Below, piece after piece: positions 1 through 14,500 of a stretch of DNA of 64,000 nucleotides. This stretch comes from Amoebophrya sp. A120 (lineage: Eukaryota; Protista; Dinoflagellata). Where the stretch lies: contig CAJINV010000001.1 of assembly GCA_905178155.1 (NCBI GenBank), positions 2,780,089 through 2,844,088 on the forward strand. The letters run 5' to 3'. The first letter of the stretch is position 1. Each line of letters begins with the position of its first letter. The notes beneath the pieces were generated by a model that was given only the letters and a program-made list of their open reading frames with translations, had not been told where the DNA came from and searched no databases. The position numbers and the translations under genes are program-made.

Positions 1-1606
1 TACCTAAAGTAAATTTCTATTTTGATTTTACATTGCAATATATAGTTCTAGACAGCATCTTTTTGTCCATTTTTGAGATTATTTGCCTTTATCTTCTGTA
101 CTTCCAAATGCGTTAGCGTCAAATTTTTTTTTTGGGGACTCATTGGCCCGCTGCAAAAATTGGGCGCCGCTGCTGCAGGCCGCTCTTGTCTGCGGCGCCT
201 GTGGTGCTGACAAAGAATGCCCATTCAGCTGGACGCGAACGTTCCGAGAGGATCCGCGCCCTTTGTGGCTAGACCCGAGGGCTCCGGTGCAGGAACAAGG
301 CCCGCCGGTGCTGTTCGCGCGCTTTGGGAGAATCCAGGGGCGCCCGCGTGTGGGGCGCAAAGCAGCCGGCGCCGGCGCCCGCCTCTTGTTGGCCCGCAGA
401 GTTGTGCGTTGGCGGTATTATTCTGGGCGCAGCGGCGCGTGAGTTAGAGTTTGGCGGGGCGCTTCGCGCCCGTGGTGCGGCCGCGGCCCTGCCCCGGCAG
501 GCTTGCGCGGCTCGCGCCAGTGCTCCGCCAGGCGCCCGTCTTGGCGCCCTTTTACGACAGGGTCTGCCCGTGTGCACGCCGGCGAATTGTACTGAGACAT
601 TGCGGCCGGCGCCCGTTGTGGTCGCCGGCGCCGGCGTGTTGCGCCGTCTTTTCGGCGGCTGCCTGTAAAGTGGTGACGGGGCCGGCGGGCCGGTCGAGAA
701 CGAAGGTCTTTCAGAATGATCTACATGGCATGTAAGTTCCCCTGCCGAGACCGACGATCGCCGTCACTCAGACGGCACGCACCTGGACGTGATGCAGAAA
801 CCAATTTTGTTTCGCACATCATTGAAGAACATTGATTGCGGGCTTCATTGACTTCAGAGGGCTTCCGCGAGTGTGTTAAATGAAAGCTATCTTCAAGGAA
901 GCCACTTGTCTTGCGCTTGCAGCAAGGAAGACAGCAGGACAGTGCCGTCATATTGTCGCAGCCATGTTCCTCCATGACTCATGTTCTGGCTTATGTGAGG
1001 CATCGCAATGCGGTTCTGTGAGAGCGAGGAGGCATATGGAGAAAAGCAAAACTCTAGAACTGCAGACCACGAGAGCTGCCGACGCAAAACAATGGACACA
1101 AAGCTATGCCGAGAGATTTAACGCCTCTTGCAGCATGGAGGCAGGCTTCGGTAGCAAGACTTGAAGCGAAGCAGAAGTATTACTGTATATTAAAGTATCG
1201 CGTACTAGTTGTAGGCACCTGTGAAACTAACTCGCGAAGCCAGAGGCCCTCGGTGGTCGAACATGCCACCGACGGACCAAGACTCCGTTGCGGGGAGCGG
1301 AGTTTTCACGCCTAACGAGTCCGCAGTCTTGCCTGTCACGGATTCTCGCACACACGCAAACTCGTGGGACACTTACGACATCGCTACTCCGCAGAACAAC
1401 AAAACATACCGAGAAAAGATGGCGGACGTAAGTACTTTTTTCGATGCGGCGCACTCCTTGAGCGATTGTTTCTGTAAATATGTTTTCTTTTGTACTTCGA
1501 ACTAGTTTTCCAGTTTAAGGAAGTTTAAGTTTGACTCATCTGCAACGCAGTGAGCAAACTGAAATCAAGCGCGAACCTGAAAATAAAATCTTACCCCACC
1601 GAACAG

Positions 1607-4600
1607 ATGCAGAAGGAGCGGAACCAGCAGGTGCGGCAGTACATCCGCGACGAAGCGGAGCAAAAGTACACGATCATCACTTTGGAGGAGAACCTGCAGG
1701 ACAAGATCCGCAAGCTGCGCGCGGCGCACGCGGAGATCGCCCGGCTGCAGGAGATCCTCCGAAAGAACGGGCTGGAGGCCGAGGTCGTGCGGGGGTGCCG
1801 CTACAATTCCGTCGGGGCCATCGACGAGGAAGTGGTCCCGGAGGAGGAGGTATGGATTGCAAATATGTCTGGGTCCGAAAGATTCCGAGATTTGTCACGC
1901 AGTTTTTCCAAGCTCCGCCAAGGCTGGAATGCAGGGCATAGCATCACAGGTTCTGCATCTGCAGCTCGTTGGTGATACCTATTCTGCATGAGAAATGGTC
2001 TCTCAGCATGGCCAGAAATGGGGTCCTTTTGCAAGTCACGCAACGCAGACTTTTGTATGATCCGCAACACGCATGACAAGTTTCTTTACATCCTTCCAGA
2101 CCCACACACTTTTGCAGTTGATAGGACGTGGAGGAGGTGTCCCACGTAACTATATCGCCGAAGGACGAGGCGGAGCGACAGCTGGATGGCACGAACAAAA
2201 CCACGAACCTCCACGGGGCGGGCGCAGCTGGGTCAGCGTCCGAGGTGGAAGGTGCCACCGCGGTGAGGAAGGTTGAAGGTAGAGACGGAATGTAGTATAA
2301 AATCAAAAATTTGCCATGTGGCCCTCTTGAAATCAAATGACTGTGCAAGAATAACGAGTTTGCCACAAAAATCTATAAGTACCAGACTATCTTCCCACCG
2401 ATGATGTTGTTGTAGCTAGTAGAAAACGAAACTCAAAATCTCTTCAGTTCTGCACCTCCCGCCCGTGGCGTCGCTCACCGCGAAGTCCGAAAGCTCGGCC
2501 ACAGCAGTCGCAAAACCGTCCGTGCCCCTCACCGCCGACGACCTGTACTACTACCCGGAGGGCAAGGCCGCAGAGGACTTTCAGCAAGTCGAGCGAGACC
2601 CCGGCGAGGAAGCCGACTCGGAATATGAGGACATCGAGGACGCGAGTGAACAGCACGGCGTCGCCGATCGTCCAGTAGAACAAGTACTCTCTTCGAGCAG
2701 ACAAGGCTCCTCGTCCGTCGGCGTTGCTTCTCTGGTCGTAGCGAAGCCCACAGCCTCCATAGTTTCTCTCGCTTCCGACGGCAGTGACCGCGTCTCGCCG
2801 TCTGCGGTGTTGACTTCCTGCGTGTTGGAAAAGAAGAACGACGAAGCTGTCTGCAAGGAGAACAGGACATTAGCTGAAAGTAGAAGTGCCTTGAACACTT
2901 CTACCTCAGGGTCCGGGTCCAATAGCAAAAAACCACCTTCAGATAACTACACGGCGAAGAAGCCGGCCCCGGGGCTGGCGCGTCCCCCACCCGCTCCGGA
3001 GAGCACACCGGATCTGCTGGAGCAAACCCGGATTTCGAATTCGGAAGTGGAAAAGATGGAGGCGTCGCTGCGGAAAAAGTACACGAACTTGAAATGTCTG
3101 CAGCGCAGCGGTGGAGACAACATCAGCCTGAGCCAGACGAGTGGTCAACAGGTGGTCTCGCCGATGTCGGCTTCCGTGGCAACCACCAAAGTGTCTCCGG
3201 AAAAGCGGCCTCATGGGACGATCAGTGCGTTGCCGAGCTTAAACATCGGAGGCGTTACAGCCAGTATAGATCTCGTCACTTTGCAGATTGATTGCTTCAT
3301 TCAATCGCGCTTGTGTGAGTGCTGTCTTTTCTGTCGTTCCATGTATATTCAGAGTTCTCGCAATGTCTGCTCGTCTTCGTCACGGGGGTAACAACTTTCT
3401 TAAGTTCAACTTCGAATTTAGATCAAACGGTTTTTTACCAATTTTTTTACAACTCTTCCAACTAGGCTCTTCCACATCTTCTTCCCGCGAGCGTGCTGCG
3501 TCTTGTCGCCCCGCGGCCTTCGGCATCTCGGTTCCCATGCACGTGCCAACATCCGCGCTGCCGTCTCCGTGCTTGCAGTACCGTTCGCTGGAACTGCCAA
3601 CGCCGAAATGGCCTGTGCCAGCAGCATATAACATGCAAAAATGTCTGGGTCTGGAAGAATGCAAGATTTGTCTATGCATATTTCTCATGACTCATCATCA
3701 TCATGCCTGTAATGCTTGACCTAGCATCGCAGACTTTTAGAGGCCTTCCTGATGTACCTTCCGCCTGAGAAATGCTCTGTCCGTGTAGCAAAAACTGTAC
3801 CCCTCTTGCTGGTCATGCAATACAAATTTTTTTAGAGTTCAAAAACAGCATGACGAGTTGCAATCTTCCAGACCCAGACACTTCTGCAGTTTATACAGCC
3901 GTAGCTGGAACGAGCACTCCGGCAGACGCCAAGCCACGGTTCGTCACGCGCCTCAGCGCCCGACCGCCGCCTAGAATGCCAACAACCGGTACAGGGGGGA
4001 GCGCCACTGCCGCCGTTGGAACCGGGCTACCCCCGGCCAATGCGACGTACTTGCCTTTGTTTGATAAAAAAAAAACCCATGAATGTGCGTACGTGTACTG
4101 AAACCGAGTTCTTGAAACCTAAGAACAGTGTACTTTTTCGTTCTGCAGCATGTTTGATGTACACATTTGACTTTCGTTTTCCCAACACCAGCGTCGTTGC
4201 TGTGGAAACGACCAAGAGCGCGACCAGTTCCGCGGCACCCAGCCCGCTCACGGCCACCGCTGTCTCGAAGCACATGGGCGTGTTGCACTACCCGCGGTTC
4301 GCCAAGCAGCCCCGAATCGCGCAGTACTCGACGAGACCCTCAAGCACAAGCCCGGCGGCGGAGACGCCGCTGGTGTTTTCCCGTGCCGTCGTACCCGCTA
4401 CGGCTCACCAAACCAGCAGCTTCCTCCCCGCCGCGCGTGCCAGCGTCACCGGCGTGCGAACCCTGGTCGGAGGAGGAGCGATTTGTCCTGCGAAGAACAG
4501 TAACACAACCCCCAACCGCAGTCCCTCGCACAATTCGAGTTCCGTCCGCAAGCTTCGGGCTGGATCTGCGGATGATGCGACGTCGGAGTTGCAGAACCTC

Positions 4601-4831
4601 CGTGCAGCAACTTCTACCGGCCTAGACTCCTCTGCAACGCGACGACTGGGCGCTTCACCTGTGGACGGTAAGGACTCCGGTGCGGAACTGCTCATGTCCA
4701 AAACGACGGCAGACTCAGCAAAGAGCAAGGAAACGGTTACGACAGCAGAAAAGGGCGGAGAGCATCAAGAGACGAAGGAGTACTTGCGAGTGGCCCGGTC
4801 AGACACCCTCGAGGCGAGTCCGGTGTCGTAA
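1607..4831 (+). CDS. Multi-exon hypothetical protein with an N-terminal coiled coil and a Ser/Thr/Pro-rich body
   Basis: ORFs 1550-1975, 2465-3391, 3772-4101 and 4016-4831 lie in series. In-frame joins were checked for introns 1850-2124 (GT-AG), ~2272-2447 (GT-AG), the element at 3627-3895 and 4047-4191 (GT-AG); one junction (~3265-3470) is unresolved. No domain recognised. Confidence 0.55.
1851..2123. mobile_element. Introner element, family A
   Basis: TAT...ATA ends, imperfect TIR tgcaaatatgtctgggtccgaaaga / tccttccagacccacacacttttgca, flanks ggagg/ggacg. Splicing GT1850-AG2124 keeps the frame (EEE|DVEEV). Confidence 0.8.
3627..3895. mobile_element. Introner element, family A
   Basis: TIR tataacatgcaaaaatgtctgggtctggaaga / tcttccagacccagacacttctgcagtttata, flanks cagca/cagcc. 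Removal gives KWPVPA|AVAGTS in frame. Confidence 0.85.
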
Positions 4832-6486
4832 GGATACTTAAAGGTTGAAGTGGCAGGTTGACATCAAGATCTGCAAAAGAGTTTTAGTGATTTTGATTTA
4901 ATGAGGACTTTTTCAGCACATGTTGATCCGGACGAGCTTGTGGGCCAGGCCTTGCCTCTGAGTCTCAAAAAAGCCTTTCCCACAAATAGAAATTCCAAAA
5001 CAAGTCGCTCTAACTCAGTAGTCTAGTATGAAATAGATACTGCAGCGTGAGCGTAAGACAAGTGTTTTTCAAGTTCATCACTGGCTTTCATGTACATATC
5101 GCGACCGTATTGTGTTTGTGACCCGGTTTGAATATTAGACAAGAAATTGCTGTAAGAGTAAAGCTGGCTGTTTGTGTGTGCGCCGTGTCATGTTTTTGTC
5201 ATGCAGGATTCGGTTTTTAACTTTAGCTTCCCTGACGGGCATGTGATGAGCTTTCCTCACAGCACGGACCCCAACTTGTTGCAGATGAATGTTGTCGGGA
5301 TCTATCATCTTTTTTGTTGATCGAAAAGAAAAATGAACTCACAGACACACATAATGATAAGCGACGACTTTTAGAAGAAGAAGCACAACTTTACAACAAG
5401 AAAGAACGCGCAATTGCAGTAGAAGAAAATACTTTGAAGATTTTTCTGGGTTTCTGGGACCTGAGACGAGGCCGGAAGGAACGCCATCTCGTCGAATTGT
5501 GACAAGTTTAATACAATTGTGCGTAGTGTTGATGTGTGTTCGTTTATTTTGAAACCGCTCTGTTTGAACGCGACGAGGTTAATGTTGCTCTCTCCGGAAC
5601 TGCGATGGTGAACAAGAGCAAACTGGCGAGCGTCCTATCTCCTAAGTTTTCTAGTCAAGAAGCGCAGGTTTCAAAAAAAGGACCGACACGAAAAGACGGT
5701 GATGGTTTGCGTCAAGACATGCCTTGCGTCAAAACATGGTTTATTGCTCCCAAAAGATGACAAGCGACGTGCAAAGTTATCTAACTGGTGGTGAAACTGA
5801 AAGCGAAAACGAATGCCACTCTCTGATTGCACCTCTAGTACGAAGCATTGTCTGACGTCGTGTTTCAACGCAGCAGGGAAGGTGTGGTTTGTGTGTGTTT
5901 CGAATCAGTGTGCAAATCAAAAAGTTGTGAACGTCAGAAAACGAGAACGGATAGTGAATTAGAATTTGTGCTATCAGACAACCGTCTCAACAGCATTGTT
6001 CCAGAAACATCAAGATGCTTTTATCCTAATCCCTTCACCCTGGTGGCCGCGCGTCTGCTCCGCTTCGGGCGATCACACAAACTACCGGACTGAACGGTTG
6101 TTGCGAATTGAATCTGTGCCGCACAGGTGCAGCAGAGAACAGGAAAATTTTATCGTGCAAGAATCAGGACACTATCCCGCTTTGGTACTTGCAGTGTCGC
6201 GTCCGTGAGCGATTCATTGTAATCCTTCCGACTGACATTTTCTGTCCAGTTTCTAGCAGGAGCAACCAAACGTGGGCTACAACTACCGGAGCAACGTGCG
6301 GGAACCAACCAGCTATCTTTCCACAGCAACATTCATATCTGCAACAACTTCCTCATTGCAACTACAACTTCAGCCTTTTTGGTCCGTACCGAGCAGCTGC
6401 GAATTGAATTTTTTCCAGCGACTATCAAACGCATTCTCCTCCGTAAGCCGAGTTCCACGAGACAAAGAAGCACCTCCTCCTGCAAG

Positions 6487-8173
6487 ATGACGAGCGACGC
6501 GGGAGTATCGAAATCAAAAAAAGAGAAGAAGGAAAAGAAGAGCAAGAAGGAGAAGAAAGAAAAGGACAAAAACAGCGACCATCCAAGTCCCTCCGCCTCA
6601 CCTGGGGACGCGGTAAATGAAATTTTGTTATGATTTTGTTAAAGGAGCTTCGCCTTATTCTTATGAAAGAAACTCAGTAAGCGAGGTCATCTAATGGATT
6701 TTCTGCACTTTACTGAACAAGAGAACGTGAACTTGTTCTTTCACCAAACCCGCAGCATTAACCAAAAATCTCAGGCACCGTCACTTCCGCCCGGTCTCGC
6801 CGCCGCTGGCTTAGCCGGCGCGTATCCACCGTGGGGCGTTGCAGCCGCACCCGGGTGGGACCCGTGGGGACAGGGATGGCATCCCGCCGCCGCTTCGGGG
6901 CACCACTGGGCCCCTCATATGGACCCGAACGCCGCCGCCATGATGGCTGCCGCCGCGGCGCACCAGGCCGCCGCAGCAGCCGGGCACCACCTGGTGCCGC
7001 CGCACGACGCGGCAAATGCGCTCTCGGGTGCGTTGGAAAAGGCGCTGAGCAGCCACCTGAGTGGGAGCTCGGAACGCAAAAAGAAGAAGAAGAAAAAGAA
7101 GCGCAGAAGCCGTTCGTCCGATTCGGAGGAGGAATCGTCGGAGGAAATAAAAGTCCGCACCATCGCCAATCCCTTCGCTCGCTACGGCCACGAATCCCAG
7201 CCACCACCGCAGCAGGGAGCGCAGATGCCAAGGAGCGGAGATTACACGAGCGAAAAGCTGGAGGCGATAGGAATCCACGAAAATCCTATGCGATTGTCTT
7301 CGATCAGGGCGACTTATCATTATCAGCGGAAGATGTCAGTGTCATGCGTGTTTGAGGACTCTAATGATCTGTTAACACCGAGATCTAGATCACAGGTTAC
7401 GTGAAATGTCTACCACCTCTCACCACCTCCTTGGGCTTGGACTTATGAACTGGAGTTCAATCCCAGTTTATTCGCTGAAAGCCGCCACAATGGTAATGAT
7501 AATTGGTTTGCATCCTATACCAGCAGAACTAGTCGAAGGCCTCCTCGAATGGGTGGATGAAAATAGGGTGAAAACTTTTTTTAGCTTTTTTTTGTCCACT
7601 TCAATCATGGGTAGACCACGATTTCCAACAACAGCGTCGGTTACTTAGTTCCTGCTGATAGTTCGGTGGAGGTCGTTCTTGTACCAAATTGCAATAGAAA
7701 AAGCCGAGCATGTGCGTCGTTTGGCAGCGTCTCATAGTTGGTTCCAGTCCCGACAGATACATTCCACAGTTTTTACTGGACAGCGCAATGCTGGCACAGT
7801 AAAATCTTTCAGTAAAGAATTCTTTGGTATAAAACATCTTTGTGCAAAACGAGATGGAACCTCCAGTGCGAGTGAGTAAAGGCATTTGCGCACCATGCAA
7901 GTATTGACGAGCTTCGACCGTGCAGATCGTACTGCTGCTGCAGCCGGAAGGATCTCAGTAGTAGATAGATCTCTATACATACCTACGTACACAACTGTCC
8001 GCCTCGCGTTTTTTCACGGGAGAAGTTACAAGCGCACTGGTGATTGTAGCTGGAGGAAGGTTTCCTATGTATTGATGAGCACGACGGCGGTTCAGCAAAA
8101 CAAGTTGTGCGGCGGGCCTTCATTGTCATTCGTGAAGCCAACAAATTTTGCTTTGAAACTGGAGGAGAAATAA
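6487..8173 (+). CDS. Multi-exon hypothetical Lys-rich protein, probably nuclear
   Basis: ATG6487 MTSDAGVSKSKKEKKEKK..., a GT-AG intron at ~6612-6774 leading into the Ala/His/Pro-rich, KKKKKKKRRSRS exon, then several short downstream exons. The 3' structure is uncertain. Confidence 0.45.
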
Positions 8174-8578
8174 GTACTGAGTGCCGAGGTAGTTGTGGAC
8201 TGCTAACGTTGAATCGCAATCGGGGTGCCACCGCGAGCATGTTAGAAATCCGAGATGAAAATCATAAGTAGACCGCATCCTGTGCCTGCTGCATTTTTAG
8301 TCTGTGCGACTGATGCAAGTCTTCATGCCATGCCCATGCTTGTAGCTGTAAGTGTGCCTAATATGGCCAGACGCATATATCTCTATTATGGCGCACGCTT
8401 AGCGTGAGACCGACCAAGCTGCCTGTACTAGGGACAAAAGATTTTGACGTTTAGGCTCTTATTTATCTCTAGTACGTAGTTCTTGTAGCTGCTACACCTT
8501 TGTACATAGTCGGTTGTAGCTACTCCACGTCCTCATGTTTGTGTTGCGTATTTCCCGGAAGATGACCACGCGTCAAAA

Positions 8579-10453
8579 ATGTCATCGAAATTCCCCATCA
8601 ATACGAACCTCTGCAGATCGATCAAGACGCCTTCGTACGGCTTCGATGCCTCGTACGAAACTGGGACGAAAGTTGTACTATAGGAAGAAACAAGTTGTGG
8701 GAAAAATGTAACACAGTTCGTCGTGGTCCACCACTAAAATTCGAATGTTTTTTCTGCAGCTGCAATCAAGTTGTGCTTGTGTGTGCTTCAGTTGTTTTGC
8801 AGCCACACCACTGCAAAGCCAGAGCCGTTGAGCTTTTGCATTATTGGCATCTGAATTGCCATTGCAACGAGCAGCTGACGCCGTAAGATTCCTCGAAAGT
8901 AAAACTTGTTCCCTGTGCTCCTTTCTTTGCCCTTCAATACCGCACGGTGGAGTACCAGCACAAAATCATGGTAAAAGGCCCGGTTGGGGACGTCGCGAAC
9001 CCGGCCAACGTGCTGATCGCGCGTATACGCGATATGCTCAAGCACCCGATCCTGGGAGCGCCGAGACCGGGGAAGAAGGCACAGCCAACGCTAGAAGAGA
9101 AAGAGCACCTGGAGGACAGTACACGTTTGTTATACGCGGTTTTCTTCTGAATCTGATTGATTTACTTATTCCGAGCTGCACCTTCCTGCCTGTTCATGCG
9201 AGTACTAGATTGGACGTTTCCGCTTCGCTATCGTGCTTGAAGAGATTTGTAGTTGTGCCGACATTTCTATCGGTACCACGTTGATGTAGTTACTCATAAG
9301 TTCAAAAAAAATGACACCAGTGCGCGCACTGGAGATGCAGGCACGAAACAACTACCAGCAAGAGAACCAGAATCAGAGAATGAGACAGCGATACGACGAA
9401 AGAGACGGAAAAGGCGGAAAGAGGTATACATAGTAATCATCTGCGTATAAAAATCCTTTTCCAGCACCTTCATGGACGGCTTTCTTCATGGTCATTGATT
9501 TGGTTTTTGGAAAAAGTTAGTGTCGTAGATGTACAAAGTAAACGTTCTTCCTCTCATCTTACCCCGACTCGTTTAGGTATGACGGCTACCACGACCGTCC
9601 GTACGGCAAGTGGGGCCGCGCTGCCGCCTCGCCAGAGGTGATCGGGCCGAGTTTATCGGAGCAGCAAGAGAAGCTGTCCCAGCGGGGAGGCAGCGGCAAG
9701 TACAATGGCGGAAAATACGGCAAAGGCGGAGGAGGACGGCACAAGGACCACCAGCGAAGTATTGGAGACTACAACCACAGCAACGGCGGTGGAGCATCAA
9801 ACCAGCAGAACCTAGCGCTGACCAACGTCGTCGACCCCTCCATTGACGCGCGACACGCCCCCCAGTTCGTGCCAGCCACGGCCGCACAACACTCGTCCAC
9901 CTTTCCTCCCGGAGGAGAGAGCGTGCATCCCCCGCACCAGATCCATATGGGCGGCGCAGGTGTTGTGCCACCAGCACACCAGCAGCAACCCGGGGTAGTG
10001 ATGATGCAGCAGCACCAGCAGCACAGTATGAACACCGAGCAGCCGCAGCGCGAATCCACGCCAACGACCACATCGAATGGGCAGGCCATGCCGTACGGCT
10101 TCGGAAATACCACGGTGAGAGGACAAACGACGCCACGGAACCACATACACAGCAACCTCCCCGGCGGCGGCGGACAGGGGCACCAGTCCTTTGCCACCAA
10201 TGGCGGGTTTGTTCATCCACAACACCATGTACTTCCGCACGACCAGGTAGGACATCATCTTCCGCAGCACCACCCGCCACCAATGGCGCACTTTGGTGGA
10301 CCTCCTCCACCAGAGATGACCGGCCCGCCGCATCACCAGGGCGGGTATCGTGCGCACCAACAGGGTGGATACCACCAGGCACCTAGTGGCGGTGGTCCAT
10401 ACGGAAAGGGCTTTGCACCGGTTACCTTCGCGGATGTTCGGGGGGCGTGCTAA
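8579..10453 (+). CDS. Multi-exon hypothetical protein with a Gly/His/Gln/Pro-rich low-complexity C-terminus
   Basis: Short + strand exons (8579-, ~8760-8882, 8946-9120) followed by long ORF 9638-10453. No family recognised. Confidence 0.45.
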
Positions 10454-11558
10454 CGGAGCAGTCTTGAGCGAGGACTACATAGGATTTTTCTAGTAGTGCG
10501 GTGCCTGTGCAAGTAACATACATGGAGGACCATTAACACGCAGCACTACAACCTGACGAGCGACCTTTTGGGATTGGAAACGACCAATGGAAACGAATAT
10601 AAATAGTTTTTTCCTCGAAAACGAAAACGAAATGAACCTGATGAACCAGCGATGAGTATTCGCCCGGCGACCGCGCGACTGTTGCGACGTCAATTGTACG
10701 CCTGCACGGCAACTACGTCCAAAACTCAACGAATACTTCGTTATTTTCATCTGAGAGCGTCTTCTTTCGGCGACAAGGGCAGAAGCAGTAGCGCATGTTA
10801 TCTAGTACAGCGATATAATTGTGGCGCTTTTCATTTAAGACGAACGACTACGACCACTTTCTGCTTGCGGCGAAAAGTACTCTGCGCTCTACGGTGGCTG
10901 ACGGCATCCGCGACTCTCCTGCGGTGGTCCACAGCAGCTACTTACTCTTAAAGCAGCACCACTACCTCTTGAGCACGCAGGACATAGACTCAGGGAAAGT
11001 TGAAACACTTTTAAGCAGTGCGAGGACCACGTCAGTGTTACTGAGACTTTAAGATGGAGCACACCAGGACTCGACGGGCTATCGGGACGCTCTCCCCGCA
11101 CTGATTACGTCTTGTCGCTGCTCAGATTGAGCGTCAACATTTACATCGAAGAGGTGAGCTGTGCTCCACGCGGTTTCCCTTCTGATTTGGACGGTTTTCT
11201 TTTTTTGTGTTCGCAGAATTCAGTTACTTTTTCGCTGCAGAGAAGGCACTGCATCTTCACAGTTGTGCCGTTTTACGAAGAGAATTCGTTGTTGGGGCAG
11301 ATGAGCGTTAGCACGAGGGTCAGAAATTATAAAACTCAAGTACTTGTTTTTGATAGGAGAGAAAGGTAGAAGTGTCTGATACATACAAGAAAGAGGAAGA
11401 CTTCTCACGTTCGAGGTATCTGAATGAACGTCTGAAAGAGCAGTAGAAATTTTACGTCACATCTTGGCTCAGCGAGGTTGTTGCTGACCAGGCTCAGGAA
11501 TAGTAGTAAGTAAAAGCAATCCCGAGTCTTGATGTGTTGATCGCGCCGGGGGACAAGG

Positions 11559-14500
11559 ATGAAAACTTGGCAAATCCAGCCGGTCCCGACGATGCGCGGC
11601 GTCCCGTTCAGCTTCTTCGCCGGCGCCTTGCCAGTCCTCACACGGTCGCAGCACCTTCTGCAGCGCGAGGGCGTTCGTTCAGCAGGAGCAGACACGCCCT
11701 TGTCTGTTGTAATCTCTTCAGGTCCAGACTCTTTTTTGGAACAAGCCGCGACCTTGTCTATTGCAGCTAGGGTGCTGGAAAAGCATCAGGCTATAGAGAC
11801 AGCAGGAGATACTTCAGCACTCCCATCCGCTAGTACTAGTACAGCAGCAACGAGCGACGAATTTTGCGATTCTCATTTCGGCGCCGGGCTTTTACGCCGC
11901 TACGATGAAAATCCCGTCGTCCTATGCGGTCCCAAGAAGAAAAATAATGGACCAGCAGAAGGTGAAGGACACGACGTAAGCACACCTTCGAGCAGCGACG
12001 ACACTGAAGCTGCAGCCTCATATCTACAGTGCAGCGGGCCCAAGCTGAAGCTCGAGGGAAGCAAAATCGTAGAGCTCGGTAAGGGCGCTTACTGTTGGGG
12101 ACGAAACTTGACCTTCGTGAAACAAGGAAAACACGGCGACGCCGTTAGCGCGGCAAGTTCCGATGACTGGCGCTGGGTGCTAGAGGCCAACTGTGACTGG
12201 CAGATAGATCCTGCGTCCAACCTGCGGCTTCTGATATCCAACAAAATGTACTATTTTTGCAGTCCTTCTACTACGGAAATCTACTTTCCCAACGTCTTGC
12301 TGCTAGCTAGGCATGTTGATAATGCAGTTTGGCGAATTTCATCAAGCCGTTATGATAAAAACTTTCAAAAGAAAGGAAGCACTTAAAACAAGCTCCTCCT
12401 TTGAATACTTTTTTTATCTGGATACCGAAACCGCTACCAGTACTACGATGGCCCGGTACCAGCAGGCGACCCGGAGGTGTATCTTCCTGTACCACGAGAA
12501 ATTCTCGATCAAAGCAAAGGGGGAGCAGCACAGGAAGGCTCGTCACTCGTGCACGAGCAGGCATTCCGGTCCCACTTTGATAGTGATAGGAAAAGCGCGA
12601 CGGGAAGAAACACCGTCGGAGATCTTCACGGCGCGTCGAGGTCACTTTCTCAAGCGACGAGAGGACAGCACGACAGTGCAGCGCAGCACAGCGGGAGCAC
12701 AAGAACAGAAGAGCATCAATCTGAACAAGTGTCAGATACCTTGTTTGTCCTCTCCTACTTTGAAGACGCCTGGAACCCGAGCGAAGGTCTCCCGCAATTG
12801 TTTGCCGTTCACCTCACCCAGCTGCGCGCGTTCCAACAGCTGCGCGGTTTGAATGGCAAAGACGTACTAAACCTGAAAGCCGCAGGGACACAAGAAGAAG
12901 CTTCGCTCGGTGTAGCTCACGGGGATCTTCTCGTTCTAGAGCGAGACCCCGGTCGCCGACATGTTTCGAAGCCCCACGTCGTGCCCTACATGTTTCGCAG
13001 GATGGTGAACGGGACGTATGTATCCTGAGGGCATAAAATCCCGCCGTTCCCATATTGAAAGGCAAAACTTGTGATGCAGGAGACCATCGGTGGCCACAAT
13101 GAATCACAAATCGAGTGCAGAGGAGGTATGCCTACGCGCCGCATTATGGAAGCGATTTGGCACCATCCGCGTGCAGCTGTCGGGCCTACAGGTTAGGCGG
13201 CTGCAGCCATACTAAGCAACTAGATGCGAACGCCCCGCCACCGGCCGAGGATGTGGCTGCAGTTCTTTACTGCAAGACAGCTCGTTAAGTAATTTGTGTA
13301 TCGTTCTTACGCAAGACGTCAAGCCTCAGAAGGAGCTTTGTCTGAAGAAGGGGGACGGATGTTTCATTTTGATACTGTGTACGGTCCGACGAGACGCCGT
13401 TGACACATCAGACAGGAGAAACTGCGAAATCTAGTACAACGGCGGGCGCGTTTCTTTCTCTGCAGCCAACCGAGCCAGTAGACACACGACCATCTGCGCC
13501 GCTCGCCGCGCCAATAAACCAGCAGCAAAGCGGTCCACGGCACCGGCTACAGCACGGAGAGCGAGGCGGAGCCTATTTGGAAGTAGAGCAGCACGGTCGT
13601 GCGCCGGAGCTTTCGGCGCAACCTGAACACCGGACCCGTTGGACGGGAAAGAACGTTTTTTTCGTAATTGGCACGGACGAGGAATGTTCTCTCGGGATTG
13701 ACTGCCGTGAGTACCCAAAGGACGCGGCAAAGCCTGGCTGTACAGGCAGCCCTACTCCAGAAACATCAGGCACCGGCCGAAGTACTAGTACAAGCGTCGA
13801 TACACAACAACCACACGACTTCCCGCGCTTTTCGGAATGCAGGGGAAAGGGGCCTTTCCTGGATTCTGCAAGCCGGCACGTGATACAAGCATTCCAGCCG
13901 TCAACTACATCACCTGCGACATCCGTAGTGGATTCTGCAAGCCGGCGCGTGATACAAGCATTCCAGCCGGCAACATCTGCGACATCCGTAGTAGGGGCAG
14001 CAGCAGCTGCCGGGGGACGGGAAGTAGATCAAAGCTGGAGTGGAGGCAGTGACTCAAGTGCTGCGGTACTCTCCTCTGCTTCATCTCGGGTTTCTGGTAT
14101 GGAAGCAAATAATCTTCTTCACGACCCATCCTCGTCGTCGTGTCTGATTCTTCTGTACAATCGCCACAGCCATCGTCGAGAGGCGGAGAACCAGGAGGAC
14201 GCAAAGTTCACGCTGGAAAGCAGCTTGAACTTGCAGGAGCACGCGTTGAAGACGAAAAATGTTGCCCGCGAGCGGCGTGAGGCAGAGTTTTTCCACACTC
14301 TGCGAGCGATCGCCGAAGAGGCCGAGGCAGAGCACGCAGCAAATGGCGCGAGGACTGCTATGGGATCACTCGCTGCGATGGGGCGTTCTACGGAGGTCGA
14401 GCGGGAAGATGTTGCAAAGAACGCAAAAGAGGCGGGGGCGGGGGCCCTCGGCAGGACGACATCCTGTGTGGTGGAAGACTATAATCCCGATCCTGACGTA

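Noticed and set aside
5201-6420. Possible small multi-exon gene
   Set aside because: Only short ORF fragments are present, with no recognisable motif or verifiable junctions.
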